A DNA stretch of 64,000 nucleotides from Paramecium tetraurelia (Eukaryota), in assembly GCA_000165425.1 (NCBI GenBank), contig CT868318.1:124001-188000 (forward strand), in the 5' to 3' direction. Shown piece after piece: positions 40,452 to 52,651 of this stretch. A program made the translations under genes and the position numbers. Each line of letters opens with the position of its first letter. Positions within the stretch are counted from its first letter, which is position 1. Under the pieces are notes generated by a model, which was not told the origin of the DNA, made no database searches, and saw only the letters and a program-made list of their open reading frames with translations.

Positions 40452-43293
40452 ATGAGGTATTCTTCATGGAATAATTAGTGAGGAAAACAAGTAAGAATAA
40501 CATTTGGTCTTTTCTGTAATAGAGGAAGGCTATTTCGATCAATTGCTCAAGAGAGTACTCAGAAAAACCCAAGAACCCTAACATTAAATATCATTGAAGG
40601 AAGCTCAAGCAATAGTGAACACAGCTTCTCGATCGTCAGACTTGTAGCAAATTAAAGAATTGGGATTCAAGGATTTTGTTGGCTACTTGCAATCTATAAA
40701 GGATGTTTATATCGAGTATAGAAAATTTCAAAAACAAGTGCAAACTCCAGATATTCCTGATGATTTAGATGAAATGGTTTTAGGGTGTTACAATACAGTG
40801 CCTGCATATTTTTTTGATTAGCCGTTCCGATTCAATTATCAACTATTCTCATTGGGCAAGGATAAAATTAATCTGTATTTAGAGGAGATCAAGGATCATT
40901 TAGATGATGTAGAGATTACCCTATTCTTCTAAATTAATTCTCGCTTTGATAAGTTTCTTAGTGTAATATTAAATTTGAATGAGATGAATTAAATCATAGA
41001 TCAGAATATTAAAAAAGTCAAGCGAATACGTGAGATTTATAGTGTAACTAGAGAGCACATGATAAAAAAAAGTACTGAAATCACAAAGAAGAAACAAGTA
41101 TTAATTCTTATTGAGTTTAGACAATTGAAAAAGTTGAAAACATTTTATTCACTCTTAAACGTATTTAGTCGATTTAAAAGAGTTTCATTACATTAACAGA
41201 ACTTATCAATACTAAGAAATATTCCTAAGCAGTATAATTGCTTAAAGTAAGTGAATAGACATATTAAACTATTAAATCAATAACAAGTTTAAAGTTCATA
41301 CCTTAAAAGTTGGAACTTCTACAAAAGAATCTATACACAACAATTTTGAATCATCTTCTATCAATAATGCTTACTCAAATGACATCATTATTAACACCAA
41401 ACAAATAACTCATTAATTAATTAAATCATTAATTGAATGATCATGATGATTCTGTGCTCGCCAATTCTTATGTAAATGATAGTTGGTTTGAATAATAACA
41501 GTAATAAATCATATCCATAAATAAACAATCTGATGATAGCTTTATCAAAACTCTTTTATCTTCCTCAGGTATCATTGATATGGGTGATAAAATATTTAAA
41601 TAAAAGGTTCTGGAGGAATTACAAGGATATTACTAGGAGTTTCTTATTGCATTAAAGAATTTCTTCAATTAAGAGGAATCCTAATAATAAAGTAAATTCG
41701 ATGAGTAATCTATGATGGAATAACTATCTTAATACATGGAAGAACAACCTTTAAGTATTTTTATCAAAATTGTTTAATTCTTTTCTGAAAATTTAAAAAA
41801 GACAATTAATCTCTAAATTGCACTTGCACAATCTATTGCCAAAAATGTATTGGATCAACCCAAACACATGGAAATAATCGATGAGCACTTTTCTATTCCT
41901 GTTGCTATGCTCAAATTTGCTAATGAAAAGGTCGCCTTACTGTTGTCATCTAAGAGGGTTGCATCTGAATCTTCAGTTAAGGATTTTATCGATCTACTTT
42001 AAATATATAAGTTTTGGGATTAATTTTTGTTATAGGAAATGTCTAGAATTAATGATGATTTACAAATCAATGATAAAATAATGTAAAAAATTAGAGGATA
42101 ATATTAGAAATGTTCTATCAATCAATTAATTTATATGAGAAGTGCTTAGGAAAAGCAATATCTCTAAAATTTTCATAAAGAGAAGAAAACACAATTGAAT
42201 AAATATCTAGAGAATGAAACTTGGTTGGCATCAGATGTATCCTTTGACAATTACGAAATAATTACTTATTTGTTGGATCTAGAAGACTTGAAATAAGTTG
42301 AATAGTTAGATGAGAGTGTTCTTCTTAATAATAGTACAATGGCTGGGAAGAACCTATTGCCTTCCTATGTGAATAATTCACATTTCAAAATAATTAAAAC
42401 TGAAATTATCATCTTAAAGGACAATTCCAAATATAAAGTAACGCAAGCATTCTTATTCTTTTTATAAGCTATAAGTCAATATTTGCATTTATTTGAGTCA
42501 TACTCAGTTATCAATTATGAATAAGCTTAAAAGTTGGTAGAATTAATAAAATCTTATAATTCTTTAGCCACCTAATATATTTTGGGGGCAGGAGCGGTTC
42601 ATTTTGGTAAAATATCGACAATTACAGCTAAGAATTTAGCAATATCATCAATATGTTTGAGACTTTTCCTATACTTATTAGATCCCTTATCAAATAAATT
42701 GTTCAAAGTAATTAAGTAAGCATATCATATTTATTTATTAGTCAATAGTAACAAACAGAATTTACTAACCTACAATAAATCCAGAATGACTTTGCCACAA
42801 TCAAAGTGGACTATGAAAATCATAATGCTGAAGTAATGGCCAAACTCACCACCATAGTTTAGGATAGATTTTATAAGCATTTCGAAGACATTGCCAAATT
42901 AGATTGGAATGTAATATTCAAATGTAAGCTTTTAGGATTCTTAAACAAAAATTACTGTTCCCACTAAGATGACTAATCAAATCTGTTAGAATACTCGGTC
43001 TCTATATGTCGCCATTGAGGATATTATCACAAAGGAGGATCTTTGCAAAGTGTTTGGACATATTGTATCGATCCTCAATTCAGAATTTGTAAAGATATTC
43101 AAGTAGCTAAATATAACATCTAAGTAAGAATATTGTTGAACTTCTTAGAATTGGATTTACGAGGATCAAAGAAGAGTTGGACTATTTTATGAATTCTTTA
43201 AAGGACATAGGACAGTTGCCTTAATTGTTGGCTGATTAATATAAAAGTATTGAGTCAGACATTACAACGGTGATAGAGAGTAAACAATAATGA
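40452..43293 (+). CDS. VPS54: GARP complex subunit Vps54
   Basis: VPAYFFDQPF...HLDDVEITLFFQINSRFDKF; LENETW; YNSLATQYILGAGAVHFGKISTITAKNLAISSICL; DYENH. Start uses a 5-nt first exon (ATGAG|22-nt intron). Confidence 0.88.
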
Positions 43294-43458
43294 ATCCTTA
43301 TGTTTTATATATATTTAATATCGATCAATCAATAATATATTTGGGATTCAGAAAATAGGTCAAAATATATATTTTTCATCTTTGTGTGGCTTACAAAAAT
43401 ATATTCAGCTTTGGAAATATAGTAAATAAAAATCAAAAGTCATTTTAACATTAATTTT

Positions 43459-46400
43459 ATGAATTAAAAAGAAACTTCTTCTGTCAATACATCTCACTAA
43501 TAATAATAATCTCATTAAAACAAAGAAGAGAGTAAATTAAAAAGTCTATTGTAGGGTAGCTATGATTACATTCACAGGGAAACCGGAAAAATGATATAAA
43601 AAGTATCTTGATTTATTAAATCAATTAGAAACTATATAAGAAAGCATTTCAACTTTTGGATAAGTTTGCTAGTCAACGTAAAGATTTGGAATTGAGTGAG
43701 ATGGTCATGTTGAATCGTAGGATTATTAATTGCATAAATAAAATCTTAAAAAAAGGATTGTTGAAACCTGACATAGAACAAGATAGACCTGAAGTTATGA
43801 TCTTGATTACTCAAAGAGGAACTCAAGCAATATTCAATTTATACAAATACTTGAATCTCTACTTATAGAAAGTTATGCCAAATGAAATGAAAGGAGTTGT
43901 GTAATTAAATGAATTCAATTTTTAGTTTAGAAGATGTATCTCATTTAACAAGTTCAGATGAGGAAGCTTAAGAAAAAATCAAGGAACATGAAGTTACTGT
44001 TCTATTCTACAAGATTAACGAATACGAAAAGCCTAAAAAAGAGAGAACCAAAAAGTAGGCAAAAGAAGTCAATATTTACGATTAAGAGATATCAGAGTCC
44101 AGTCGTATAGCAAATATGATTGTCAAAACATTAAAACCATTGAATATTTAATTTGAATTGGATTAATACTTCTACAATTTAATTGAATTGCTACTCATCT
44201 CAAATTTGGTGTTTAAAAAAGCTAATAAGCCTAAAGTCGCATATTATTATTTGTTGGAAGCTCAGAGAATAGCAAAATAAATGCTTGACACTCCAAATCC
44301 AAATCTAGTGAATGCATGTGCCAAAGCAAAGGTGTATTTAGCAAATTATTATTATGAAATAAGTGAATATGAAGAATCATTAAAAGTGGCTGAAGAAGCA
44401 ATAGTAATTTTATGTGGAGAAATGAGAATTAGAATAAATTAAGAGAAATTTACATAAAGAAAGTACAAAAACAGAGAAAGAAAAAGGATGAAAAGATGCG
44501 TTATTACAACTTTATCTGCCTTGGTTACTATGATGTGTAATTACGAAGCTTAGAATAATTATCATAGGATTGTAGAGTCATTAACAACGGCTAGTTGGTT
44601 AGCTGAAAAATATATCCAAGGGATAGATGAGTTCAAGAAACATATTATAAAATTGGCAAGTGAAGGGAAGCATAGAGTTGAATAAAATCTCAAGGATTTG
44701 GCTGATTTGAGTTTCATAGCCGAGTCAACACTTGATTCAGAGTTAAATAAAGTCAAGAAAAAGCATAGAGATTAAAAGGAATAATCAGAATCTTAATACC
44801 TTAAGAAATTTAATAACGATATGTATCATCTTTTTCAAATTAAACCTTTAAATAAATAGTTATATTTGAAAACACAAGTCAAATAAGAGCAGAAAATAAA
44901 TAAATAATTTGATTAGAAAGTTATTGAGCAATCATAGCCCCATGGAACAGACGCTTCAATCAATATATTCGATAGTGATTCAAATAGCTAAGATAGCTTT
45001 TTTGATGGGAGTTTTTTTGCTCCTTCAATAGACAATTTATAATTTGATAATGACATCTTTGAAAAGAAAAGAACGCAATCAGTTGCTAAGAAACCTATAA
45101 CTAATAACAGAAAACTATTGAAACTAAATAGAAAATTGGGAAAATCAGTTGGGTTGATTAAAATAGGCTTTGAAAGACCCTTAGATCATAAGTCTAAAAT
45201 TCTAACTACTAACTAATATTTCAATGAATTTTCGAAGCCAAAAAAGTAGGAAGAGAAGAGCTTAAGCAATGTGGGGACATAATTAAAAAGACAATTAGAA
45301 AATATAGAATACAGAGAACATCCAGATAGGGATGAGCATCATAAATAAGATTTGGATGTTTATGTTAATAAGATGGTTACTGGGAAGATTGAAACGAATG
45401 AGTTCCAGGATTACAATGACATTCTAGGATAACTATTTAGTTTAAGAAAGAAGGAGGACTTTGATAAGAAGGAGTTTAATTTTGGTAGAAAAATGCTCAA
45501 TTTGAAAGCGAAGGAGGAGATCATGTTTTATTAGGTGTAATTTAATTCACCACCAGTAAAAGTGGAAATAGATACAAAGGTTAGGGATTAAGCACATATT
45601 ATAGATGGTAAAATAACAGCAGAGAAAGATTTAAAGGAATTAAAAAGAAAGAAGATTGATAAAATGGTAGCAGGCAAAAAGATAGTATAAACTAATGTGA
45701 ATATTGATTTGAAGGATGAGGAGGAGACTATATATTTGAGAAAGGTATTGGAGAAAAGTAAAAAGAAGAAACTAAAGGATTTTATTTATAAACATCGGGA
45801 AGCTTTGGGTTTATCTAAGTTTTTTGCTAATTTACATAGAGAATAAAAGGAAAAGGAAAGGATATAAAAATTAAAGTCAGCTTTTGAGAAGGAAACTTTA
45901 GTGGAAGTTCATGAGAATCAGAATGTATAGTAATAACAACAACAGTCTACTCGACATAGAAAAAATGTTAGAATTCTGGTATAAGAAATTGATAAAAAAC
46001 CTCTAAATCATTAAACTTCTCTTTAGCCCTCTTAGGGTAGAAATTCTCTACTTTTGTTAGATGATGTAAAGGCATAATCAACCCAAAATCTACCACAATA
46101 AAAATCAAGTTCAATGCCTAAATCAATTTTAAAGAAGGCTCCTGAAACTTAAAAAAGCTCATAGGTGAGTCAATCTGTTACGCATCTGGAGGCTTAAGGG
46201 ACAGATTTGATATTGTAATAGGAGAAACAACAAAAAGTCTAGAAATAGATAAGAGATCAAGTTGAAAAGCAACAAAAGAAATCTCATCAAGTGATTGGTA
46301 TGATAATAGATGGAGTGGAAAGGAAAATGGATATTGAGAATAAGGAACTTAGTAAGATGTTGTTCAAATAGAAGGGAGGATAGAAGTAATATATAGATGA

Positions 46401-46602
46401 TGATGAGAAAACGTTTTTGAAATTTACACCGAAATTTTCAGATATGAGCAGATCAACTTATCTGATGTATATCAAAAAAGAGTTGGCTGAGAAATAATTG
46501 TTCAGTTTAGAGGATAGTTAACCTCCTAGAGTAGCGATGACGAAAAAAAATCAATTGGCAGATATGGCTCAAATGTTTAAAGAATTAGGATAACATTTAT
46601 GA
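43459..46602 (+). CDS. Large uncharacterised protein with TPR-like helices and a charged C-terminal region
   Basis: MNQKETSSVN...; AYYYLLEAQRIA..AKVYLANYYYEISEYEESLKVAEEAI (TPR-like); ends ..MFKELGQHL*. Confidence 0.75.
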
Positions 46603-46739
46603 TTTTTTTTTATAATAATATTTTATAATAAATGTGATTGGCAAAAGTATAATGAATTACGCAATTATTAATGACGGAACATCTTTGTTCGCAAATTAAT
46701 AACACATCCGGTCTGCAATTAGATATTTATTTGAATTCA

Positions 46740-47750
46740 ATGACATCACAAACACTTTTGCTTTCCTTGGGAGTTTTGATGGTTTTGGGAGCCACAGCCT
46801 ACATGAACTATGATAGCAACGTTAGCTCTATAGATCACGGGTTCACTGCTGATTTTGCATCCTTTATAAAATCTTTTGATTCAAAATATGATTTCATTAG
46901 ATCCGACATCACTTGGTCCACATATGGGTAAGCAATGAATCTATTATTCCAACTAGAGGTGCCGAAACTAGACCAACCACTGCTCCATCCAAATATCCTA
47001 TAGTTTTTATTCATGGAAACTCTGATATTGGAGCTGGAAATGGTGGAACTGTAGGATGGTAGACAGGATTCACATAACTTATTGAATATTTATAAAATAA
47101 CGGAGGATATACAAAGGCTGATTTATACGTAACAACTTGGGGTAATTTTTATAATAATAAATTTGTAGGTCCTGCCAATCCAAATTTGGCATCACAAAAC
47201 AGTCATAGTGAAAAATATGTGATGACGGTTAGACGTTTCATCGAAGGAGTCCTTGCTTATACCAAAGCCAGCAAAGTTATAGTCATTGGTCATTCAATGG
47301 GAGTCACCTTAGCAAGAGCTGCTATCATAGGTGGAACCTATTCTGAATCGTTGCTTAACAAATTTACTGTTGGAAGTCCCATCACCAGTTCCATTGCTGC
47401 CTTCTTCGGACTCGCAGGTGCTAACTATGGCTTAGTTGATTGCACTTATGCAACTGGATTACCCACATGCAGCACATACAATGGATTTTCACCTTCATCC
47501 CAAATGCTGACTTCCTTGAACTCAAAAACTCATAGAGAAGGTGGCAAAGTGTACTCTTTCTGGTCTCCAAATGACGATATCATCAAATACAACTGAATTG
47601 TGAACCAAAAAAACACTTGTATTGTACCTGGAAGTGACGAATCAGTAATTCTATTGTTAATAACTTTAGTTTTAATAAAGTGGATACACACACTTTGACG
47701 TAAGAGATAAGTTTTCAGCAGACATACTTCGTCTCATCTAGAAATTATGA
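46740..47750 (+). CDS. Secreted lipase class 2 (alpha/beta hydrolase) containing an in-frame TGA at 47594-47596
   Basis: Signal-like MTSQTLLLSLGVLMVLGATA; PIVFIHGNSD; LYVTTWG; VIGHSMGVTLAR nucleophile elbow; GLAGANYGL; WSPNDDII; after the TGA, IVNQKNTCIVPG..YTHFDVRD. Introns 46928-46956, 47142-47168, 47645-47669. Confidence 0.9.
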
Positions 47751-48046
47751 TTATTTTATATATTAATTAAATATAAGACTCAAATCTTTTTTAACAATAA
47801 GGGGGGTATTCTTACAAATATACTGCTAAAAAAGGGACCAACATCAATGACCCTGAGTATAACAATTTTTTAATTATGCAAATGAGACACATGAATAAAA
47901 GAGGTACAACATCATCATTTTCAGGTTTGCGATAGGAGTGTGTCTGAATTACAAATAATTAATTTATTAATTGCTTTTCAATTACAATTACTTTAATCTA
48001 GACACACCCCCTAACACAAACCACTTGCCAAATCCCATATATATTA

Positions 48047-50896
48047 ATGTCTATTCTTAACTTATATAGATTGCCTTAAGCTTAAGTTATAGAAAAAGGG
48101 AACCTTCATCGAAATTGTCTATCCAACAAAATCATCAGATGAAGAAACTATCGTTAAGAAACGCATAGTCAACAATTTTAATGTCAACCCAACCTTTTGG
48201 ATCGCTTCAGAATAGGTTGTTCCACCTACTTTGGATTTTGAGAGTCTTTTTAAGTCCCCTTTTCCAGAATAAGCTGTCAGACACAACGAAACCTTCGAAA
48301 AGCTCGAAGTGGTCACCAATACCAACTAAAAGATATTAATCGATGTTCCATCCAGACCTGCTGCTTACACTTTGGAAAAATTAAATTTGAAAGGGAAACC
48401 AACCCTAGAGTAGTTGTTTTAATCCATACCAAACTGCATGGATTACAAGGAAAGAGACAAACACTTCAAATAAGGAGGCTACAAACTCAATTATCAATCT
48501 GGTTACGCTCCAGTGGAGATCTAAAACAGACATAAGGACCCAGAAGATTACACCAAGAAATAACACTTCATTAGACAAAAACAATCACAAGCCAATTTGA
48601 ATTTGAAAAGAACATGTGGAGTTTCATATGTTAAGAAGAGTGAAAGTGAACAGAAGGATGTTAGTCACATTTTTAAAAAGTACTGATTGAATTTTATTAA
48701 GACTTCCTCCACTGGTTTATTAATGTTCATCAGGCTGTTAACCAATAGCTGGATATGATGAAGCCTTTGATAACCTATTTTAGAATCTTTTAAACGGAAA
48801 GAACCTGATTGTGTTTACACTTTTCAATTCCTCGGATGAAAGTGCCTTGAGAGAATACCTACTATTTCCACACCTTAGAAATAAGATTTCAAGAGAAAGA
48901 GTCATGATGGCTAGAAAATTCTTGAATTTATGGATGCTATTTTAAGATGCCTTATGTTTAGTGATTCATTATAACTATGACGAGTACAAAATATAATATA
49001 ATTAATAGAAACTAATTGTTAAGACCAATTTAATTGAATGAATAGGAAGATATCAAGTAATAATTAGTGGACTTTATTTGTGAATCAGAGATTTCAATCT
49101 GTTTACTTTTCAAAAAAAGTGTATCTGGCAGAAAGGCATTTTTGAAAAGTGTTGGATTGTGGAATGAAGGAAACGACAACTCTTCTGTCTGTACAGAAAC
49201 ACAAAGGGAGGACATCTAAACTAAATTTGTTATATCAGTTCCAAAAGTGCCAATCAATAGCAATTCAACTCCCTAAAGTCTATTCTAAGAATTTACTAAT
49301 ATTATCTAACAATAAGAAAATTATGTTTTAGAGGCCCGTTCTTAAACCCAAGGTCCATAAACTGAATAGCAAAATTCAAATAATGAGAAACAAACAAAAA
49401 AGAAGAAGAGGGCAAAGATCTTATCATCAACAGATGTAAGAAAAGATGGTGGAGCCAGTGATTAATTGATAAATTATCTCATAAAAGAAGATGGAAATCA
49501 TAATATTAACACATGCAGTATAAGGATGGAGATGTATGTGGCAGAGGAGAAATGGAAATCAGCCAATGATCACAATAAAGATTTACTCAATGCTTTCATA
49601 AAGAGAGTTGAACATCATGTTACAAGTTCATACTTGATTAAAATGATGAATAAGAGATTTAAAGCTAATGAAAAGGGCTAAGATTATATTATAAGAAGAA
49701 GCAATAAAATCTATGAAATTCCAACTGATAATGTTTAGATAAAGTAGAACAAAAAGTCAATTAATTGGACATCAAAATTCACCCCAGAAAACTTTACAAA
49801 TCTATAAACATATAAATTAAGCAAGAAATACTAGCCCATATCTCTAGACATCCTTAAAATGAAGGAATTAAGTTTTCTTAAATAACCATTATATTGTATA
49901 ACAACTAGAGATAGTTTTGCATTTGACTTAATTACTAAAGTAACCAAGGTTAAATTAGGAGATAGATTGGTAGATAGGTATTAAATTAAAATCTACATAA
50001 AATTAGATTGGATTTCTTTTTTGAGCCCAACAATTGTCCATGCAATTTCAAATCATTTTTACCAATGTTCCCAGAATATTAAGTTGGAGCACATGCATAT
50101 GTAGGCTATTTTACAAATGAAGAATTATTGTAGATGGAGAAAGACATTTATGAAATGGAATTAAAAGGATTTGATGGTAATACTAAAAATTTATTATTTA
50201 AAGGTCACTATTTGCCTATGACTGCATAAATTTCACACGCTTAATCAAATCACCATTCAAGTGTACGTAGAACCAAATTCTTCTTTGGTTACAGATATAT
50301 GTGGACTAAATGTTAATTAGCAGAACCTCATTCAATGGTTGCTGCTGGTGTTAGAAGGGATGTATCAGCACCTCCATTGTGGATGAGAAATCTCATTACT
50401 AAACTTGAAAATGATAATGTGGTACCTAAAAAGTTCATTAATTCTATTGCCTGTAATGTGTATCACGATGGAAAAGAAGGGTTAGCATAACATTTTGATG
50501 ATGCTGTTAGATTCAAACAACCAATCTATACTATTAGAGTATTTTCAGATTGCAGATTGTCTTTTGGAAGTTAATTCTATGGATTTTGCAATGGAGCATT
50601 TGCTGTTCCTCTACCAAGAGGGTATCTATTAATATTTATTCTTTTTAAGATGTATCCTATGTATGGAGGAAGGATCCTATGCTGCCAATGCCATTAAACA
50701 TTGTGTAAGACCATGCGATATGACTGGAAAAAGTGCAGCCTTAATATTACGATAAATGCATGATCAAGTTACTTAGGAAGCCGTAAAGTATGATGAATAA
50801 GTGGATTTGCCATGTCACATGTCTACTTTGTCAGTTGAAGATAATGCAGTTCCTTTTGGAGAGCAGAAGAGATTGGAAGCTGAATTACTAAGTTGA
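48047..50896 (+). CDS. ALKBH5: ALKBH5-like Fe(II)/2-oxoglutarate dioxygenase with a ~650-aa N-terminal extension (~898 aa)
   Basis: C-terminal domain RRTKFFFGYRY..PLWMRNLITKLENDNVVPKKFINSIACNVY..QHFDDAVRFKQPI..FSDCRLSFG..VPLPRG..YAANAIKHCVRP..AALILR parallels ALKBH5 motifs. Six introns (22, 22, 25, 29, 27, 28 nt) give one continuous frame. The start depends on a GTC..CAG intron at 48117-48138. Confidence 0.85.
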
Positions 50897-51049
50897 TTAT
50901 GAATAATACATTACAATATTATTAAAAATATACTTTTTCTAAATCTATGAGATTCTTGTATGACTCAATTCTAGGACTGATTTAACGTAAAATATTATTA
51001 TTATGTTAACTTGAGTATTAATTTATTATTGTTAAATTAAATTAAGAAA

Positions 51050-52651
51050 ATGTTTCGAATTTCAGACAAAGTACAATCAATAACTTGTCCTATGCACAAG
51101 AAGGCCATCAAATATTTGAACATTGGATAGAGTTGTTCTTTAGAGTAGAGAGTAGGATGCTCTTCATGCATGGGGGGAAATTTTATTGACTTTGAATTAG
51201 CGGAAGAACTGCTTGATAAGTTGAATAATGGAAACAATGAAGACGATATGAAACAATAGTTAAAGATCGACTTTATGCATACATTAAATCAATTTAGAAA
51301 CTAAGTCAATAAAATACTAGATAACATGGAAAAACTAGTAGAATCCATGAATAGCAGTTCAGATAAGCTTATCGAATGGCTGAATTAAATTAGAGGGGCT
51401 GCTTAATTCAATATTGATGACTTAAAATAAATAGCGGTGAGATTAGGAATTTACATTGTCAAACAAGAAGATCAATTCTAGCCTAGAGTTAATGGGTAAT
51501 GGCAAAATTACATTAGTAAATATGCTCAAATCTTATAAAAAACAAGTCTTTTGCTTAATTAAAAGATACTGGAGAAAGAACTGAATCCAATTGAGTAATC
51601 AGAAGTTGTAACCTCAGAAGAGCCTAAAAAAAATCAAGAGTTTGTTTCAAAAGATAGTTTGTAGACAAAGTAAGACATTGGGTAAGAGATTTAACAGCCC
51701 TATGTAAATTAATAAATGGAAATAGATGAATAAAAGAAGAAAATAGAATTCTTGGAGGGTTAAATTGAGAAATATCATAATTTATACAACAAGTTAAGAA
51801 ATTAAAATGAAAATAAAGAGGCAGCATTTGAAACACCTAAAGCTAATATGGTCATAAATAAATAAGAGCCTGAAAAAAAAGAAGAATAATAATAATATCC
51901 AATATAAAAATAAGACAAAGATCAATTAAAGATTTAGAAATATTTAGATGAAAAAACTGTAAACCATCCTCTTTGGAAAGAATTTAACAATGAAATGGAA
52001 CATATAAAGAACTAATTAAAATGGTTGGAATTTAAATATGTTGAACAATTATTTTAATTTAACTAATCAGCCTTTTAGGAAGAATAAAAAAAAGTATTGC
52101 ATTTTAGTAAAAAAACATAAGAAAACCAAAATTTTTCTAAGTTTTATCTGAATCAATTAATTGCATAATTGTAAACAATCAATAAATTGTTGCTTGATTC
52201 TTAAACCATGTATAAAATGGACAATATTGTTGTTTCCAAGAATTACTAAGATGAATAAGACTTGAAAAAAAAAGTATAAGAAACTATAGATTACATCAGA
52301 AGTCATAAATAGCATTTGGATGTTTGTCAAGTTGAATTAAAATATGTCTAAGAACTTATGTCAATAAATGAGTTATCAAAATGCAACATGGTTAATAGCA
52401 GAGATTTGCAAAAGTATTTTTAGAGACTTACTGACAAAAACAAATATGGGATATTTTATATTAACAACAATGTCTTACTTAAGAACTCCCGAAGTCTTCA
52501 ATAAGTAATAATTAAAACTTTGTAAGACAGTCAATTGAAAGACAATCTGCAAATAGATAAGGATTTTATAATGGTTAATAAATTCGCTTGGAAATTTATA
52601 TCTACTCTATACTTTAGCAGTGGCCCAGAAATCTTGCTCTAAGAAAATTGA
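51050..52651 (+). CDS. Uncharacterised protein with an N-terminal CxxH..CxxC (B-box-like) module and coiled coil (~533 aa)
   Basis: MFRISDKVQSITCPMHKK...RVGCSSCM; start and stop are in frame; Q/E/K-rich body. Confidence 0.75.

Noticed and set aside
46660..46720. GC-richer hairpin-like stretch starting ATGACGGA upstream of the lipase
   Set aside because: No matching GA on the 3' side for a SECIS, no box D CTGA, and it lies 5' of the TGA-containing gene.
47840..47865. Minus-strand TATACTCAGGGTCATT resembling the U3 snoRNA 5' box A region
   Set aside because: The match is loose, and the downstream B/C/D boxes and required length are absent.
47895..48686. Apparent stand-alone 263-codon ORF lacking an early ATG
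   Set aside because: The TGA at 48684 lies inside a 22-nt intron (48680-48701); the frame continues into the ALKBH5-like gene.
32718..50896. Piwi and ALKBH5-like genes in one window as a functional 'epigenetic cluster'
   Set aside because: They are 13 kb apart and separated by unrelated housekeeping genes; there is no sign of operon-like organisation in this eukaryotic genome.
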